Part shown: one piece after another, positions 27,015 through 37,613 of the stretch
Position numbering within the stretch: the first letter of the stretch is position 1
Layout: every line of letters begins with the position of its first letter
Assembly (NCBI GenBank): GCA_027593235.1
Contig: JAQCIU010000004.1
Location: 77,581-141,580 of the forward strand
DNA: 64,000 bases
Source of the DNA: Chloroflexota bacterium
Lineage (GTDB): Bacteria; Chloroflexota; Dehalococcoidia; UBA2979
Direction of reading: 5' to 3'
The notes under the pieces: model-generated
The model's input: only the letters and a program-made list of their open reading frames with translations
What the model was told of the DNA's origin: nothing
Databases searched by the model: none
Position numbers and translations under genes: made by a program

Positions 27015-28556
27015 TCAGTTCCAGACACTGATCGGCTGCGAGGTGCCCGCATCCAGGACGAAGCAACCCCAGTTCACGGGAAGGATCATCGCCAGCACCG
27101 TCCAGCGACCGGCGACCGGCAAGAGGAAGCTGGTCCGGTAGATGTCCGACGGACGATCCACGCCTGGCACTAGGCCCCCGTACCAGGCACGACTGAACTC
27201 GACGGCATCCGCCGCCTCGAACGTATGCAGCGGGCCGGCCTCGTCTCCGTCGACGAACGCGCGTACGGTCAGCGACGTCGATTCAGGGTGCAGGCCCATC
27301 CAATCCACCGCACCGTAGCTGCGAGCGTTGACGGGCCAGTCTGCCCAGGTCTCCAGCAGCCCCGCGGCGGCGATCTCCCCCGAGCGGACCGATGGAGGTC
27401 CGACATCGACGCAGACGCGGTCGTCGGAACCGGTGACCGCGGGGTGCCCTCGGGGGGCGGGGGCTACCCGTCCTGCCGGCGGAGCGACGTAGGGCAGCAC
27501 GGGCTGGACATCCGCGCGGGTCGCAGGCCAGCCGTCCGCATCGCGTTCGGTGCTGACGAAGAAGCAGCCCCAGAGGGGGCCGGCCGTGACGATGGCGAGC
27601 CAGCGACCGGCCCGTGGCGAATCGAACCGGGTCTTCACCACGCCGGCGCCATCGACGGGCTGGGATGTCCAGAGTTCGAAGACGTGGGTGGCCGTCCAGT
27701 GTTCGGTCTGGACCGCGCGGATGCGCAGCGGCACTGCGGAGTCCGACCTCGGCGTGTCAGTCACGAGCTCCGCCAGAGCGACGCCGGGCAGCGTCAGCAG
27801 TACCGAGGGGTCGATCGGGATCAGCTCCAGTTCGTAACGCCCGGCATCGGCAAACGAGCCGCGGAACGCAGGGACCAGACGCAGGACCCAATCACCGGAC
27901 TGACCCGCGGCGCCATCCGCACGAACGTCGATGCATTCCGTGGTGCCGAGCTTCGAGCGGTCGAACGCAGCAGGTGGAGCGCCTTCGAACTGGTACCCAT
28001 CCTGGTAGATCGCACGCTCCGCGAGCGCCTGATCCAGCGAACGAGGTGGCACCCGATTGACCCGCAGCAGGTCGTTCCAGGCGAGCGGCCGGTAGAGCTG
28101 ATCGAGCAGCTCCTCGTTGGTGAGATCGCCGAGCGAAATCGGCACCTGTTGCGTCCGAGGCGGCTGAGCCGTCGGTTCACCCTGGACGGCGGCGGGGGAC
28201 GGAGCGACCTCGGGAGTCGCGGCGAGCAGGGAGGTGTCGGCGCGGCCGGAGCTGAGCAGCAATACGCCCCCGACCGCGACCGCCGCTGTGGCAAGCGCCG
28301 CGCCCGCGACGGCGGTCAGCATCCAGCCGCGGCGCCGCGTGCGCGCTCGCTCACCCGCGACCCACTCGGCGATCTGCTCGCGGCGTTGGAGATCCAGGCG
28401 GGTCAGCAGCTCGGAGACGTGATATTTCGCGCCATCAAGCGAGATGCCGAGGCGCTCCCCGATCTCAACGTTGGTCAGGCCGCCGGCGACGAGGCGAGCG
28501 ACCTCGAGCTGGCGCTCCGTCAGCGGCCGAGGGCCCTCGGGCAATCGCGGTTCCAC
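27015..28556 (-). CDS. Membrane-tethered LuxR-HTH regulator with two tandem 'WGCF' extracellular domains
   Basis: LTERQLEVARLVAGGLTNVEIGERLGISLDGAKYHVSELL, TM, ectodomain; GGGAGG RBS before GTG 28556. Confidence 0.8.
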   Translation of the reverse strand: MEPRLPEGPRPLTERQLEVARLVAGGLTNVEIGERLGISLDGAKYHVSELLTRLDLQRREQIAEWVAGERARTRRRGWMLTAVAGAALATAAVAVGGVLLLSSGRADTSLLAATPEVAPSPAAVQGEPTAQPPRTQQVPISLGDLTNEELLDQLYRPLAWNDLLRVNRVPPRSLDQALAERAIYQDGYQFEGAPPAAFDRSKLGTTECIDVRADGAAGQSGDWVLRLVPAFRGSFADAGRYELELIPIDPSVLLTLPGVALAELVTDTPRSDSAVPLRIRAVQTEHWTATHVFELWTSQPVDGAGVVKTRFDSPRAGRWLAIVTAGPLWGCFFVSTERDADGWPATRADVQPVLPYVAPPAGRVAPAPRGHPAVTGSDDRVCVDVGPPSVRSGEIAAAGLLETWADWPVNARSYGAVDWMGLHPESTSLTVRAFVDGDEAGPLHTFEAADAVEFSRAWYGGLVPGVDRPSDIYRTSFLLPVAGRWTVLAMILPVNWGCFVLDAGTSQPISVWN

Positions 28557-28664
28557 GGGACCTCCCGGTTCGGTGGTGTGCTGGCGGTCAGTTTCGGGGG
28601 CGCAGCGACCGGTTGTCACTACCCGGAAGCGGTCGGTATGTCACTTCGACTGTCGTCGAGATGA

Positions 28665-30407
<1,743 letters not shown>

Positions 30408-30429
30408 ACCGGCCCCTCAGTCGGACACC

Positions 30430-30466
30430 AAACGGGGCCGGCATCCGCCGGCCCCGTTTTCTTTTC
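30430..30466 (+). terminator. Rho-independent terminator of groEL
   Basis: AAACGGGGCCGG-catccg-CCGGCCCCGTTT followed by TCTTTTC. Confidence 0.85.
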
Positions 30467-30514
30467 CCGGCACCCCCGTTTTCTGTTCCGCGCACGGGGC
30501 CGCGTTACGCTGGA

Positions 30515-30988
30515 TTGGCTGCAAAGGAACGCCCCGTGCACTACGGCGACAACGGCCTTGCTGTCGACTTCGATCAGCTCGCACTCGCGGTGGACGACGG
30601 CGACGTGATCGTGGTCGGGTTCGAGATGACCGCGAAGCGGCTGGTGATCGACCTGCGGCCGGACGATCACTCCCCGCCGCTGCTGGAGCTCGTGGAGCCC
30701 GTGGGCGGCGCGCATGAACGCAATGCCTGGCTGAGCGAGCGTCGACCCGGCGTGCCACTCCCAGAAAAGTTCGTCTATTTCATCTGGCCGCACAGCATCG
30801 AGATGCTTGGCCAGTCGCCGCTGTTCGAGCGCTCGCAAGCGCGGATCGCGCGCGAGCAGGGCATCGACGTCGCCGAGGAGATCAGCGACCTCGTCGAGGA
30901 CCTTGAGCGGCGCGAACGCGACGACCTCCGACGCGCGCTGGTCGGTGGTGACGGCTACGAAACGGTCTGGAGTCGCGACGGCGCGTGA
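30515..30988 (+). CDS. Hypothetical protein
   Basis: 157-aa ORF with protein-like composition and GC3 bias; no recognised motif. Confidence 0.65.
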   Translation: MAAKERPVHYGDNGLAVDFDQLALAVDDGDVIVVGFEMTAKRLVIDLRPDDHSPPLLELVEPVGGAHERNAWLSERRPGVPLPEKFVYFIWPHSIEMLGQSPLFERSQARIAREQGIDVAEEISDLVEDLERRERDDLRRALVGGDGYETVWSRDGA

Positions 30989-31086
30989 GTGCGGACGCGT
31001 GGCCTCGGTCACGCTCTCTGTCCTCGAATCGTGCGACCCTTGGCCCTCGCCGCCTCCCACCCGAGGCGCATCGGATGGAGGAAGCT

Positions 31087-31479
31087 ATGACCCGCCTCGT
31101 CGTCTACGGACGCTCCTCGTTCTGCCCGGACATGATGCGCTGGGACCACTGGCTCAAGCGTTACACCGTGGCGCACATCTCCTTCGACATCGATAGCGAC
31201 CCCGAGGCGCTGGCGAAGGTGGTGGGGTGGACCGGCCATCAGTCCGTGCCGACGTTGGTGATCGCACCCGATGACGGCTTCGATCCGATCGAGGACCCGG
31301 CACCGCTGCCAGCCGGGCGCGGTCCGCGCGCGATCGATCGCGGCACGATGCTGACCGAGCCGAACCCCGGCCAGGTCGAGGCGTTCCTCGACCGTCACGG
31401 GATCCCCTACAGCGCCGCCGCCGCGGGCGACGGCGGTGACACCACCGGTGGTGGCCTGTTGAGCAAGCTCTTCCGCTAG
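31087..31479 (+). CDS. Glutaredoxin/mycoredoxin-like thioredoxin-fold protein (single Cys)
   Basis: VVYGRSSFCPDM, DID.DPEA, G..SVPTLV, EP; GGAGGA RBS. Confidence 0.7.
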   Translation: MTRLVVYGRSSFCPDMMRWDHWLKRYTVAHISFDIDSDPEALAKVVGWTGHQSVPTLVIAPDDGFDPIEDPAPLPAGRGPRAIDRGTMLTEPNPGQVEAFLDRHGIPYSAAAAGDGGDTTGGGLLSKLFR

Positions 31480-32850
31480 CGGCCGCTCCCGAGGGCGAAG
31501 GCGGGCCAGCGGTCCGTCCACGGCAGCGCGGCCTCGATCTGCGCGGCCAGCGCGAGCAACTCCTCGTCAGCTCCGGGACGCCCGACGAGCTGCACGCCGA
31601 TCGGCAGCCCGTCCTCGGACATCGCGACCGGGAGCGACAGCACCGGCTGGCCGGTGAAGCTGAACGGGAAGATGAACGGCCCGGCGTGCTGCGGTCCATC
31701 CGGCAGGCCCAGCGGCCATGCTGGCTGCCGCGTCGTCGGGGTCACGAGTACGTCGTGCGCATCCCACCACGCGAGGAGCGGCGCGACCTCGGTTGCGATC
31801 GCCGCCGCGCTCGCGCGCTGCTCCTCGGCGGATGGCAGCACCTCGACGCGCGGGTTAGTCCTGCGCGAGGTCGCCCACCGCGAGCGGGCGCCCAATCGTG
31901 CGCTCGAGCCAGCGCAGTTGGACCTCGCGCGCCGCGCCGATCGTCGGCATCAGCGCTGGCACGATGCGCTGCATGAAGCCGGGCAGCGCCGCCGGGGGTT
32001 CCGCGCCGACCTCGTGACCGAGAGCGCCGAGCGCGCGCCCAACCGCCGCCACCGCCGTAGCACAGGCGGGCGCTACCTCGGCGCGATGGTCGGCGTCGTG
32101 GTCGAGCAGGGCGACGCGGAGCGCCGCGAGCGGTGCGGACGTGCGGGCGTCGTTGGCCACGAGCGCGAACAGCCCCGCCAGATCGCGAACCGAGCGTGAG
32201 AGGGCGAAGCCGGACCAGACGTCGCTCTGCTGCTCCGCCGGGATTGCCGTCGGTACGCGGCCGGGCGTCGGTCGCAAGGTCGCGACGCCGCATACGGCTG
32301 CGGGGACGCGCAGCGAGCCGGTGGCATCGCTGCCGAGGGCGATCGGGACGAAGCCGGCGGCGACGGCCGCTGCCGATCCTCCGCTCGATCCGCCCGCCGT
32401 CCGCCCTAGGTCCCACGGGTTCCTCGTTGCCCCGAACGCCGCCGGCTCGGTCGTCAGGCCGGAGGACAGCTCGGGGAGGTTCGTCTTGCCGATCGGCACG
32501 AAGCCGGCCACGAGGATTCGCCGCACGAACTCTGTGGTGCGGGGCGAGCGGTAGTCGAGGTCGCGCAGCACCGGCGTGCCGATCGTGTAGCGCGTTCCCG
32601 CCAACTCCTCGCCGCCGTCCTTCAAGAGGATCGGCACACCTCGGAAGGGGCGATCGTCCGCGGGGAGCGCGGCCACGAACTCGCGCGCGACCTCGGACAG
32701 TGGGGTGACGACGGCGTTGATCGCGGGGTTCAACGCCTCCACGCGCGTCAACGCCGCCTCGACGAGCGCAGAGGGCGTAGTGACGCCCTCGCGGACGAGC
32801 GCGGCCTGCGCGGTCGCATCCAGGCGCCACCAGTCGTTGGGGAGTGACAT
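31476..32850 (-). pseudogene. Amidase-signature family amidase split by a 1-nt frameshift
   Basis: 5' part has ILLKD, GKTNLPE, GGSSGGS, SDATGSLR; TAA at 31857-31855; C-terminal DVLVTPT/GQPVLSLP/GLPIGVQ continues in the +1 frame. Confidence 0.75.
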
Positions 32851-32882
32851 CACCGAGGTTATACGCGTTCGGCAGACGGCTG

Positions 32883-34358
32883 TCAGGTCACCGTCCACCA
32901 CGGCTCGTCCGCGTCGTCGCGATCGCCGTGGCCAATCCACCACGCGAGGATGGCAGCGACGACCATGGCCAGCCCGGCGACGATGAACACTTCGCGGAAG
33001 GTGGAGACCTCGGCCTCGCGCACCAGTGCGTCGAACTCTGGAGATCCGATGTCGATCGTCCCGGCGCGGGCGTAGAACCGTCCGAGGCCGGACGAGGTCA
33101 GCAACGCCGCGCCCGCCAGCATCCCGGTCACGCGGCTGAGTGTGAGCCACGAGGCGGCGGTCGCTCGGTCGTCCTCGCCCACCTGCTGCAGGACGGCGGC
33201 GCTCAGCGGGGCGATCACGAGGCCGAAGCCGAACCCGCCGACGAGCAGCGGGAGTGTTCGCAGCGTTTGCGAGACAGTCTCGTTCCAAGCCTGCAATCCC
33301 GCGAAGGCGACCGCAGCCAGCAGCATCCCAGCCGTCGCCACGGTGCGGAGGCCCATCCGGCCCCCGAGCCAACCACCGGCGAGCGCGCCGATCGGAACCG
33401 CGACGGTCAGACGCATGAGCGTGAGGCCGCCGTCCAATGCTCCTTCGCCGAGTACGAGGTTGACGAACAGCGGCACGCCAATCAGCACCGCGATCAGCCC
33501 ACCGCCGAGCAGCACGCTCGTCAGGTTCGCGGCCAGTACCGCCGGCGACCGCAGCATCTCGGGCCGAACCAGCGGCGCGGCAGTCCGCCGCTCGTGCCAC
33601 CAGAACACGAGGCCGAGGGCGACCGAGACGCCGAGGAACGCCAGCGTCACGGCGAAGGGACGCGCGTCGTTCGGGTCGTCGACCAGCGCGAAGGTCAGCA
33701 CCGCTAGCGAAGCACCGAGCAGCGCTGCTCCCAGCCAGTCGATGCCGCTCTGCTGCCGCTTGGTGCCCGCGAGGTACCAGGCCGCGACGAGGATTGGCAG
33801 CGCCATCGGGACGTTGATCCAGAACACCCAGCGCCAGCCGAACCACTCCGTGATCGCGCCACCCCAGAGCGGGCCCAGTAGCGCACCCGCCTCGGAAGCC
33901 GCGGCGATCGCTCCGAGGCCGAGCAGCCTTCGATCGCGCGGCAGTTCGTCCACGACGATCGCCATGGCGACCGGCACCACCGCGCCACCGCCAACCGCCT
34001 GGATCGCTCGCGAGACGACAATCGCCTCGAACCCGGGACCGAGCGCGACGAGCACGCTGCCGAACATGAACAGCGCCAGCGCACCTGCGTACACGCGGGC
34101 GTGACCGTACACGTCGGCGATCCGGCCAACGATCGGCAGCGCGACGATGTAGCCGAGGAGGTAGCCGTTGACGATCCATGAGGCGCGATAGAGGTCATCG
34201 ACGGTCAACCCGATGTCTTCGATCATCGCCGGGAGCATGGTGACGATCGACGTCTGATCGTCGGCGGCGACGAAGACGCCCGCGGCAACGGTGATCAGCA
34301 GCCAGCGCTGCCGACGGCGGACCGCTCGATCGGGCGCGTTCATCGCTGCGCCGTCCAT
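32883..34358 (-). CDS. 14-TM MFS transporter similar to mycobacterial P55 (Rv1410c)
   Basis: WIVNGYLLGYIVALPIVGRIADVYG, GPLWGG, WRWVFWINVP. Confidence 0.8.
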   Translation of the reverse strand: MDGAAMNAPDRAVRRRQRWLLITVAAGVFVAADDQTSIVTMLPAMIEDIGLTVDDLYRASWIVNGYLLGYIVALPIVGRIADVYGHARVYAGALALFMFGSVLVALGPGFEAIVVSRAIQAVGGGAVVPVAMAIVVDELPRDRRLLGLGAIAAASEAGALLGPLWGGAITEWFGWRWVFWINVPMALPILVAAWYLAGTKRQQSGIDWLGAALLGASLAVLTFALVDDPNDARPFAVTLAFLGVSVALGLVFWWHERRTAAPLVRPEMLRSPAVLAANLTSVLLGGGLIAVLIGVPLFVNLVLGEGALDGGLTLMRLTVAVPIGALAGGWLGGRMGLRTVATAGMLLAAVAFAGLQAWNETVSQTLRTLPLLVGGFGFGLVIAPLSAAVLQQVGEDDRATAASWLTLSRVTGMLAGAALLTSSGLGRFYARAGTIDIGSPEFDALVREAEVSTFREVFIVAGLAMVVAAILAWWIGHGDRDDADEPWWTVT

Positions 34359-34365
34359 CTCGCGG

Positions 34366-35061
34366 CTAGCGCGGGGCCTGGATGTCGAACGACTCGCCGA
34401 AGTTCGTCAGCGTGAGGCGGCGGACGAGGTTGTCCGGCTCACCGGTGACGATCGCGCCGACCGCTTCCACCCGATAGACCAGCGGGTCGTCGATGCCGAT
34501 CCAGGCCTTGAGTGCGATCGTTTCACCCTCGCTGGCGTTGCCGAACAGCGTCATCAGATCCGACTTCACCTTCGCCTCGACGCGGTAGCTGTCGACGCCG
34601 TCGATCGTCTCCGCGCCGGCGACCGTCGCGCCGTCGAGCGAGCGCATCAGTCCGGTGACGCCCTCGGCGGGATCGAAGAAGGTGGCAACGTCGATCGTCT
34701 CGCGCTCCCAGCGCCCGGTCAGCGGGTTGGTAATCCAGCCCTCGTCGGGCAGCACGATGATCTCGATCGCGGCGTTCAGCGGCCCTGCCTTGACGTCGAC
34801 CTGCAGGTGCATGCGGTCGGGGCCCTCGACGTCCCCGCTCGCGCGCACCATCTGGAGGCCACGCACGATCGAGGCCGTGCCGTTCTCGTGCTCCAACTCG
34901 AATCGGAACGAGTCGACAGCGTCCATCCGATCGGCGGCGGCCGTCAGTAGCGCCTCGACATCGACGCTGCTGGTATCGACGTCGGGACCGCTGTCACCGC
35001 AAGCGGCGAGGGCGAGTGACACGAGCGCGACGATGCCGACGAAACGACGGCGACAGTTCAC
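34366..35061 (-). CDS. LppX/LprAFG-family lipoprotein (LolA-like fold)
   Basis: lipobox LAAC, FFDPAEGVTGLM, GAETIDGV; GTGA overlap with the selD stop. Confidence 0.75.
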   Translation of the reverse strand: MNCRRRFVGIVALVSLALAACGDSGPDVDTSSVDVEALLTAAADRMDAVDSFRFELEHENGTASIVRGLQMVRASGDVEGPDRMHLQVDVKAGPLNAAIEIIVLPDEGWITNPLTGRWERETIDVATFFDPAEGVTGLMRSLDGATVAGAETIDGVDSYRVEAKVKSDLMTLFGNASEGETIALKAWIGIDDPLVYRVEAVGAIVTGEPDNLVRRLTLTNFGESFDIQAPR

Positions 35062-36113
35062 CGCACCACCACGCCCGGTTCGCCCGCTTCCACCGATCCG
35101 ATGCGCCAGCACCCGCCGGTCTCACCCTCGATGGCCGCGCGGAGCGCTTCCGCCGCGTCCTCGGGAACCGCGATCAACAGGCCACCCGAGGTCTGCGGAT
35201 CGAAGAGCAGTTGGCCGAGCGTTTCATCGAGGTCCGCCGGCAGCTTCACCCGCGCTCCGAGTTGCTCACGGTTGCGGCTGCCGCCGCCGGTGACCGCACC
35301 GGCCTCGGCGAACCTGTAGGCGTCGGTCAGCAGCGGCACCGCACTGGCCTCGATCGTGAAACGCGTACGACTCTGGAGCGCCATCTCCGAGGCATGACCA
35401 AGCAGCGCGAATCCGGTCACATCGGTCATCCCATTCACACCGGCCGCGCGGGCGAGGTGCGAGGCGTGGCGGTTCAGGGTGAGCATCGAACGGACGGCGT
35501 GATCGAACCCGGCGGCCGTGTCCTCGAAGTCCCGCTGCGCCGCCGTCAGCAGGACGCCGGTGCCGATCGGCTTCGTCAGCAACAGCGCGTCGCCGGGCTG
35601 CGCGCCGCCCTTGGTGATGATCGCAGCAGGGTGGATCATCCCGGTGACGGAGAGCCCGTACTTCGGCTCGGCGTCGAAGACGGTGTGACCGCCCGCGATC
35701 ACGCCGCCCGCCTCACGGACCTTCTCCGCACCGCCGCGGAAGATCTCGGCGAGGATCGCCGGATCGAGATCCTCGGGGAAACCGGCAATATTCAGGGCGA
35801 GGCGTACCTCACCGCCCATCGCGTAGACGTCTGACATTGCGTTCGCGGCGCCGATTGCCCCGTAGGTGTACGGGTCGTCGACCACCGGTGGGAAGAAATC
35901 CAGCGTCTGAATCAGGGCGAGATCATCCGAGACCCGGTAGACCGCCGCATCGTCAGCCGCGTTGAGGCCGACGAGGAGGTCCGGGTAGTCGCCCGAATCA
36001 AAGGTGTCCTGCAAGGGACGCAGTACCTGCGCCAGGGTCCCGAGACCCATCTTGCCCGCTCAACCAGCGCAGGAAGCGAGATCGGTCAGACGAATGATGT
36101 CGTCGCGAGTCAT
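35058..36113 (-). CDS. selD: Selenide, water dikinase, selenocysteine-containing (UGA codon 18)
   Basis: MTRDDIIRLTDLASCAG-U-AGKMG, DDAAVY, DFFPP, GGHT, TDVTGF, DPQTSGGLL. Confidence 0.93.
36035..36048 (-). promoter_or_regulatory. Bacterial SECIS-like hairpin
   Basis: GGGTC-TCGG-GACCC begins 11 nt after the UGA (36062-36060). Confidence 0.7.
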
Positions 36114-36258
36114 CGAGCCCCCTTTCGCTGTGTTCACCGGAGTGCGGGCCATCGTCGCATCGTCCGCGCGGCACAGCAATGACCGACGACGCCGCCTGAT
36201 TCGCCCGCGGGGTGGCGAGCCGCGATCGTCAGCGCCAGCGACTCGCTACCATTCGCGG

Positions 36259-36981
36259 ATGGCGAAGCCACCGACCAAGCCAACATCCAGCACGGCCGCA
36301 CGACGCCGCGTCCGCAAGGCTGAGTACTGGACGCCGTCCGAGCTGATCGGGATCCTCGGCGAGCGCTACGGTCGGGCACCGCAACAGGCGTCGCACGCGC
36401 CGGTCTTCGAACTGGTGCTCACGCTGTTGTCACAGCACACCTCGGACCACAATTCCGGCCACGCGATGCATCGCTTGATCGAGGCCTACCCGACGTGGGA
36501 GGCGATCCTCGCAGCCCCGATCGCTGGCGTTGAGGACGCGATCCGGCCGGGCGGGCTCGCTCCGACGAAGTCCAAACGGCTGCAGGCGTTGCTGGCCGAG
36601 GTCAAAGAACGTGTTCCGGACTGGGAGCTTGATTTCCTCGCGGACCTGCCCCTGGAGGAAGCGAAGCGGTGGCTGACGTCGCTCCCCGGCGTCGGACCGA
36701 AGACGGCGGCGTGCGTGCTGCTCTTCTCCCTCGAACGGCCCGCGCTCCCGGTCGACACCCACGTTGAACGTGTCGCCAAGCGGCTGGGGCTGGTCCCGGC
36801 GAAGATGCCGGCCGTGAAAGCCCACGACGCCCTCGAGGCACTGCTCACGCCCGACGAGGTCTACGCCTTTCACGTTGACCTGATCCAGCACGGCCGGCGC
36901 ACCTGCCACGCGCGTGGTCCGAAGTGCGTGGAGTGCCCGCTGCTGGAACGCTGTCCTCGCGTCGGGCTCCCGCCGCTCTAA
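36259..36981 (+). CDS. nth: Endonuclease III family DNA glycosylase
   Basis: LSQHTSD, LPGVGPKTA, VDTHV, C-x6-C-x2-C-x5-C. Confidence 0.9.
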   Translation: MAKPPTKPTSSTAARRRVRKAEYWTPSELIGILGERYGRAPQQASHAPVFELVLTLLSQHTSDHNSGHAMHRLIEAYPTWEAILAAPIAGVEDAIRPGGLAPTKSKRLQALLAEVKERVPDWELDFLADLPLEEAKRWLTSLPGVGPKTAACVLLFSLERPALPVDTHVERVAKRLGLVPAKMPAVKAHDALEALLTPDEVYAFHVDLIQHGRRTCHARGPKCVECPLLERCPRVGLPPL

Positions 36982-37502
36982 GCCTCGTCGGGCCCGCCCG
37001 CGGAAAGCCGCAACTCCAGATCGACCGAGTCGAGCCAGCGGCCAAACTTGTACCCGACCTCGTGGTGGTGGGCGCAGCGCACGAAGCCGAGTCGCTCGTG
37101 CAACGCGATGCTCGCCTCGTTGCTCGACTCGATCACCGCAAGCAACGTCCGTATGTCCCGCCCGCGCGCTTGATCGACCAGTGCCTGGAGGAGACGACGT
37201 CCGAGACCACGCCCCTGAAACAGCGGATCGAGGTAGACTGTGTCCTCACGGGTGAACCGGTAGCCGAACTTCGGCCGATACAGAGACAGATACGCGAAGC
37301 CCACAACCTGACCGTCGACCTCCGCCACGAGCACCGGCTCCGCCGGGTCGTGGTCCTGAAACCACCGTTCGCGCGCTTCGAGCGTCCACGGCTCGTAGTC
37401 CCACGTCGCCACCCCCGTCCGGATCTCCTCGTTGTAGATCGCGTTGATCGCGGGCAAATCGTCCGAGGTTGCGGGGCGGATGATCGGATCAACGGCTGGC
37501 AT
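36978..37502 (-). CDS. GNAT N-acetyltransferase (YncA/phosphinothricin type)
   Basis: AIYNEEI, QGRGLG, NEASIALH...GF, GYKFGRWLD. Confidence 0.88.
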   Translation of the reverse strand: MPAVDPIIRPATSDDLPAINAIYNEEIRTGVATWDYEPWTLEARERWFQDHDPAEPVLVAEVDGQVVGFAYLSLYRPKFGYRFTREDTVYLDPLFQGRGLGRRLLQALVDQARGRDIRTLLAVIESSNEASIALHERLGFVRCAHHHEVGYKFGRWLDSVDLELRLSAGGPDEA

Positions 37503-37613
37503 TGGCGGCTCCCGATGTGACAATTCGCCCAGTCTCACGGCGGTATGGTCATCGCCGGGCGGTGACTATACTCGCCGCTTCCATCGTCCCGTTCGGCGTC
37601 CACGAGGAGAGTC

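Noticed and set aside
26951-27017. The LuxR-TM gene and its paralog are in frame, separated by one TGA and 21 sense codons (possible Sec or readthrough fusion)
   Set aside because: No SECIS-like hairpin or redox motif, the downstream gene has its own -10-like sequence, and a fusion would invert the topology of the second ectodomain; in-frame spacing is common by chance at high GC
31855-34179. 774-aa ORF in the track
   Set aside because: The 5' 443 codons are an Arg-rich shadow frame over the MFS gene; only 32850-31855 is real amidase
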